From Patescibacteria group bacterium (GTDB taxonomy: Bacteria > Patescibacteriota > JACPGU01): DNA of 64,000 nucleotides. How positions within the stretch are numbered: the stretch's first letter is position 1; the number at the start of each line of letters is the position of its first letter. The notes below the pieces were generated by a model that did no database searches, was not told the origin of the DNA, and worked only from the letters and a program-made list of their open reading frames with translations. The position numbers and the translations under genes were made by a program. Below, in pieces: positions 63,101 to 64,000 of the stretch. Location of the stretch: assembly GCA_022703645.1 (NCBI GenBank), contig JAKLDG010000001.1:507918-571917 (forward strand). Reading direction: 5' to 3'.

Positions 63101-64000
63101 CTCGCTCTGTTCAGAGGTATTGGAAACCAGATCAAAGGCTTGGATTTTCAGATTACCGGAACTTAATAAACGGATTGTGCAATCTACGGTTTTGATATCC
63201 GTTTGTGTACAGTTTAAATTATCGTAATCATCTATTGTATTTTCATCATCTATAGAAACATTGACCGCTAATATTTCATTATCATCAGTGACATGAATTG
63301 CAGTATCAGTAATGGCACTATTAGAAGTTTTCGTTGGTGCAGTAATTATAATTACCGGACCAGTATTATCGATTACATAGTTATTTTCTGTCTGTGTCCC
63401 TTGATTATTAAATGAATCGAGAGCTTTGATTACTAAATTACCTGAAGAAGAAATATTTATGGAACAATCTACCGTTTTCGCATTAGTTTGAATACAAGAA
63501 AATCCGCTAGTTCCGGCAGTAGTTGAAGTATCTATTTCAACACTATTAGCCAAGACCCCAATATTGTCAGTAATATGAATCTCGGTCGTGGTAATTGCAG
63601 CATTTGAAAGTTTATCCGGAGCGCTGATGATTATAACTGGAGCTGAAGAATCAATGACATAACCATCTTCTTCCCCAGATATTTGATTTGATGCGCCGTC
63701 TTCAGCGCGAATTACCAATTTGCCTGAACCGGAAATTTCGATTGCGCAATCTACTGTACTACTATTGGTTTGAGTACAGCTGAAATTGCTATAAGCAACT
63801 GTGGTTGATGGATCGACTAAAACACCACCGGTAAAAATAGCGCCATTATCTGTAATATGAATAGTAGTATCAGTAACCAAACTGCCAGCAGTCTTGGTTG
63901 GAGCCGTGATAGAAACTACTGGGTTAACCATATCAATGATAAATCCATTTTCAGTTGCTACTGAATTATTAGCTACTACATCAGAAGCGCTAATTGCCAA
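60146..64000 (-). CDS. Giant surface protein, partial (N-terminus beyond window end): five Ig-like ~90-aa repeats, a Cys Ig-like domain, three NBR1-like domains shared with the L,D-transpeptidase, Glu/Pro-rich linkers and four LysM-like repeats
   Basis: >=1284 aa. Repeated units IISAPDKLSNAAITTTEIHITDN...NGYVID. A domain TFVFSADESSTFKCKIDGSYYTTCSSPKNYSGLANGSHTFYVYAVDLAGNSD. Three copies of (Y.Y.LVSQSPYPSTLKPGETTDVW.EVKNTG...W...RLGTGS...F.IKAPT..G.Y.AYFTPVADG..WM.DIGL.WE..V). Four copies of Y.V.PGE.L..(I/V)A.K.YGD.E.W..LVELN.D..PSL...P.II...W.L.F. The ORF is open to the window edge. Confidence 0.6.
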   Translation of the reverse strand: MAISASDVVANNSVATENGFIIDMVNPVVSITAPTKTAGSLVTDTTIHITDNGAIFTGGVLVDPSTTVAYSNFSCTQTNSSTVDCAIEISGSGKLVIRAEDGASNQISGEEDGYVIDSSAPVIIISAPDKLSNAAITTTEIHITDNIGVLANSVEIDTSTTAGTSGFSCIQTNAKTVDCSINISSSGNLVIKALDSFNNQGTQTENNYVIDNTGPVIIITAPTKTSNSAITDTAIHVTDDNEILAVNVSIDDENTIDDYDNLNCTQTDIKTVDCTIRLLSSGNLKIQAFDLVSNTSEQSENGYAVTITVPVISISAPTKASSANITNTTIHITDSGGVDSAGVSVDGATTAGFTDFACTQVDSYTVNCSISITSSGDLKIKALDSISGAGFGIENGYIIESIPPETTLSSTPALNATSSSATFVFSADESSTFKCKIDGSYYTTCSSPKNYSGLANGSHTFYVYAVDLAGNSDATPESYTWSISVSQQNNSGGGNNLIQDTTPPTNTSISINSGASSTASASVTLTLGATDAISMMISNNAYFIGSSWETFVNSKAWALATGYGTKTVYAKYKDAAGNVSGSVSDSIIFSENVEVTEPEPIIEEPELEQPEEILQPEVIPEIPEQPQEIVQPEQQIEQTIPVEGYNYQLVSQSPYPSTLKPGETTDVWIEVKNTGTAVWDSKVRLGTGSMYGSPSQQRDYPSEFANINWLSVNRPTSIINPNSTAISSYVEPGNDAKAQFTIKAPTTPGTYRAYFTPVADGVTWMTDIGLYWEVTVVGDGQEQPEVQPQPEVQPEPIVEIQPEPQLIYSYELVSQSPYPSTLKPGETTDVWVEVKNTGSVAWDSNVRLGTGSSFGSSAQKRDYISEFAAENWLSPNRASSIPDFLIESGDTARFEFTIKAPTQIGNYKAYFTPVADGTGWMNDIGLFWEISVRSDSGIYTVQPGENLKTVAEKVYGDSERWRDLVELNKDTFPSLVSRPDIIYSEWQLRFGNIQQTSEPIAENQSQPVSQPVPQAQPEVQKIIGDYYIVQDGDSLKSIARELFQDEEQWTRLVELNKDIFPSLESDPSIIVAGWKLRFKELPTVAPTGEFGYYKVEPGEDLQWIALKLYGDQEKWRRLVELNQDQYTNLSLDGGANVIYSDWLLKYDILGSTSTYGYEVVGQSGYPTQISAGEEIEVWIELKNTGTVSWFKDGANPVRFGTGSIYGSPTQQKDYTSEFANSDWIAPNRCTSFDTAEVKPGEVGRFTFKIKAPADAGTYKSYFTPVVEGLVWMEDKGIYWQLTVE

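Noticed and set aside
1-64000. CRISPR arrays, rRNA genes, prophage structural modules
   Set aside because: I found no regularly spaced 25-40-nt direct repeats with unique spacers, no rRNA-like conserved blocks, and no capsid/terminase/integrase-like ORFs. The only long tandem repeats are intragenic (273-bp units) or short-period AT microsatellite-like spacers.

Overview
The window is AT-rich (roughly one-third GC by eye) and gene-dense. It looks like a small-genome bacterium of the Candidate Phyla Radiation/Patescibacteria type. Supporting this: a four-helix-bundle ('23S rRNA intervening-sequence') protein, a fused ADP-forming acetyl-CoA synthetase, many signal-peptide/TPR proteins, giant surface proteins, a PilX-like pseudopilin, and weak or absent Shine-Dalgarno sequences. 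I cannot confirm the taxonomy without a search.

Main content, left to right:
- 323-6804 (minus strand): a run of six genes that alternates secreted adhesin-like proteins (PKD, InlB-B-repeat, thrombospondin-type-1-like and DUF11-like segments) with membrane-anchored TPR proteins.
- 7511-8497: an L,D-transpeptidase. Its N-terminal domain recurs three times in a giant protein at the far end of the window.
- 8551-9322: a tRNA cluster (Tyr, Thr-TGT, Thr-GGT, then rpmG, then Trp).
- 9354-9725: a four-helix-bundle gene flanked by inverted AT repeats.
- 10641-14230: holB, a PSP1/RicT protein, rpmB, zinc-ribbon proteins and an M50 site-2 protease.
- 14424-16330: tRNA-Pro followed by a roughly 1.8 kb compositional island that is largely non-coding apart from a single GC-rich orphan gene (14862-15809).
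- 16330-34841: two hypothetical proteins and a PP2C-like membrane protein (16330-19321), then argS, an IS200/RAYT-type HUH transposase, a GT28 glycosyltransferase, a PAP2 phosphatase, tyrS, class-A PBP1A, a PilX-like protein, a GT4 glycosyltransferase, murA, a PEGA/beta-propeller protein, a sortase, tRNA-Leu and gpmI.
- 34858-39650: ADP-forming acetyl-CoA synthetase, recJ and ftsQ.
- 39685-52064 (minus strand): a non-canonical dcw cluster reading mraZ-rsmH-ftsL-ftsI-murF-mraY-rluA-murD-ftsW-murG-murC-ftsQ.
- 52349-64000: four tandem genes for giant secreted proteins with beta-propeller, discoidin, Ig-like, LysM-like and NBR1-like domains.

No rRNA genes or CRISPR arrays are present.

The most interesting items are:
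- the cell-wall-tethered giant surface-protein cluster that shares a domain with the L,D-transpeptidase;
- a recent 273-bp tandem triplication inside one of these genes;
- eukaryote-like TSP1 repeats;
- a tRNA-Pro-adjacent GC-rich island;
- a roughly 165-bp palindromic MITE/REPIN-like element between mraZ and rsmH, in the same window as a RAYT-type transposase gene;
- pervasive 7-8-nt periodic AT repeats in the intergenic spacers.
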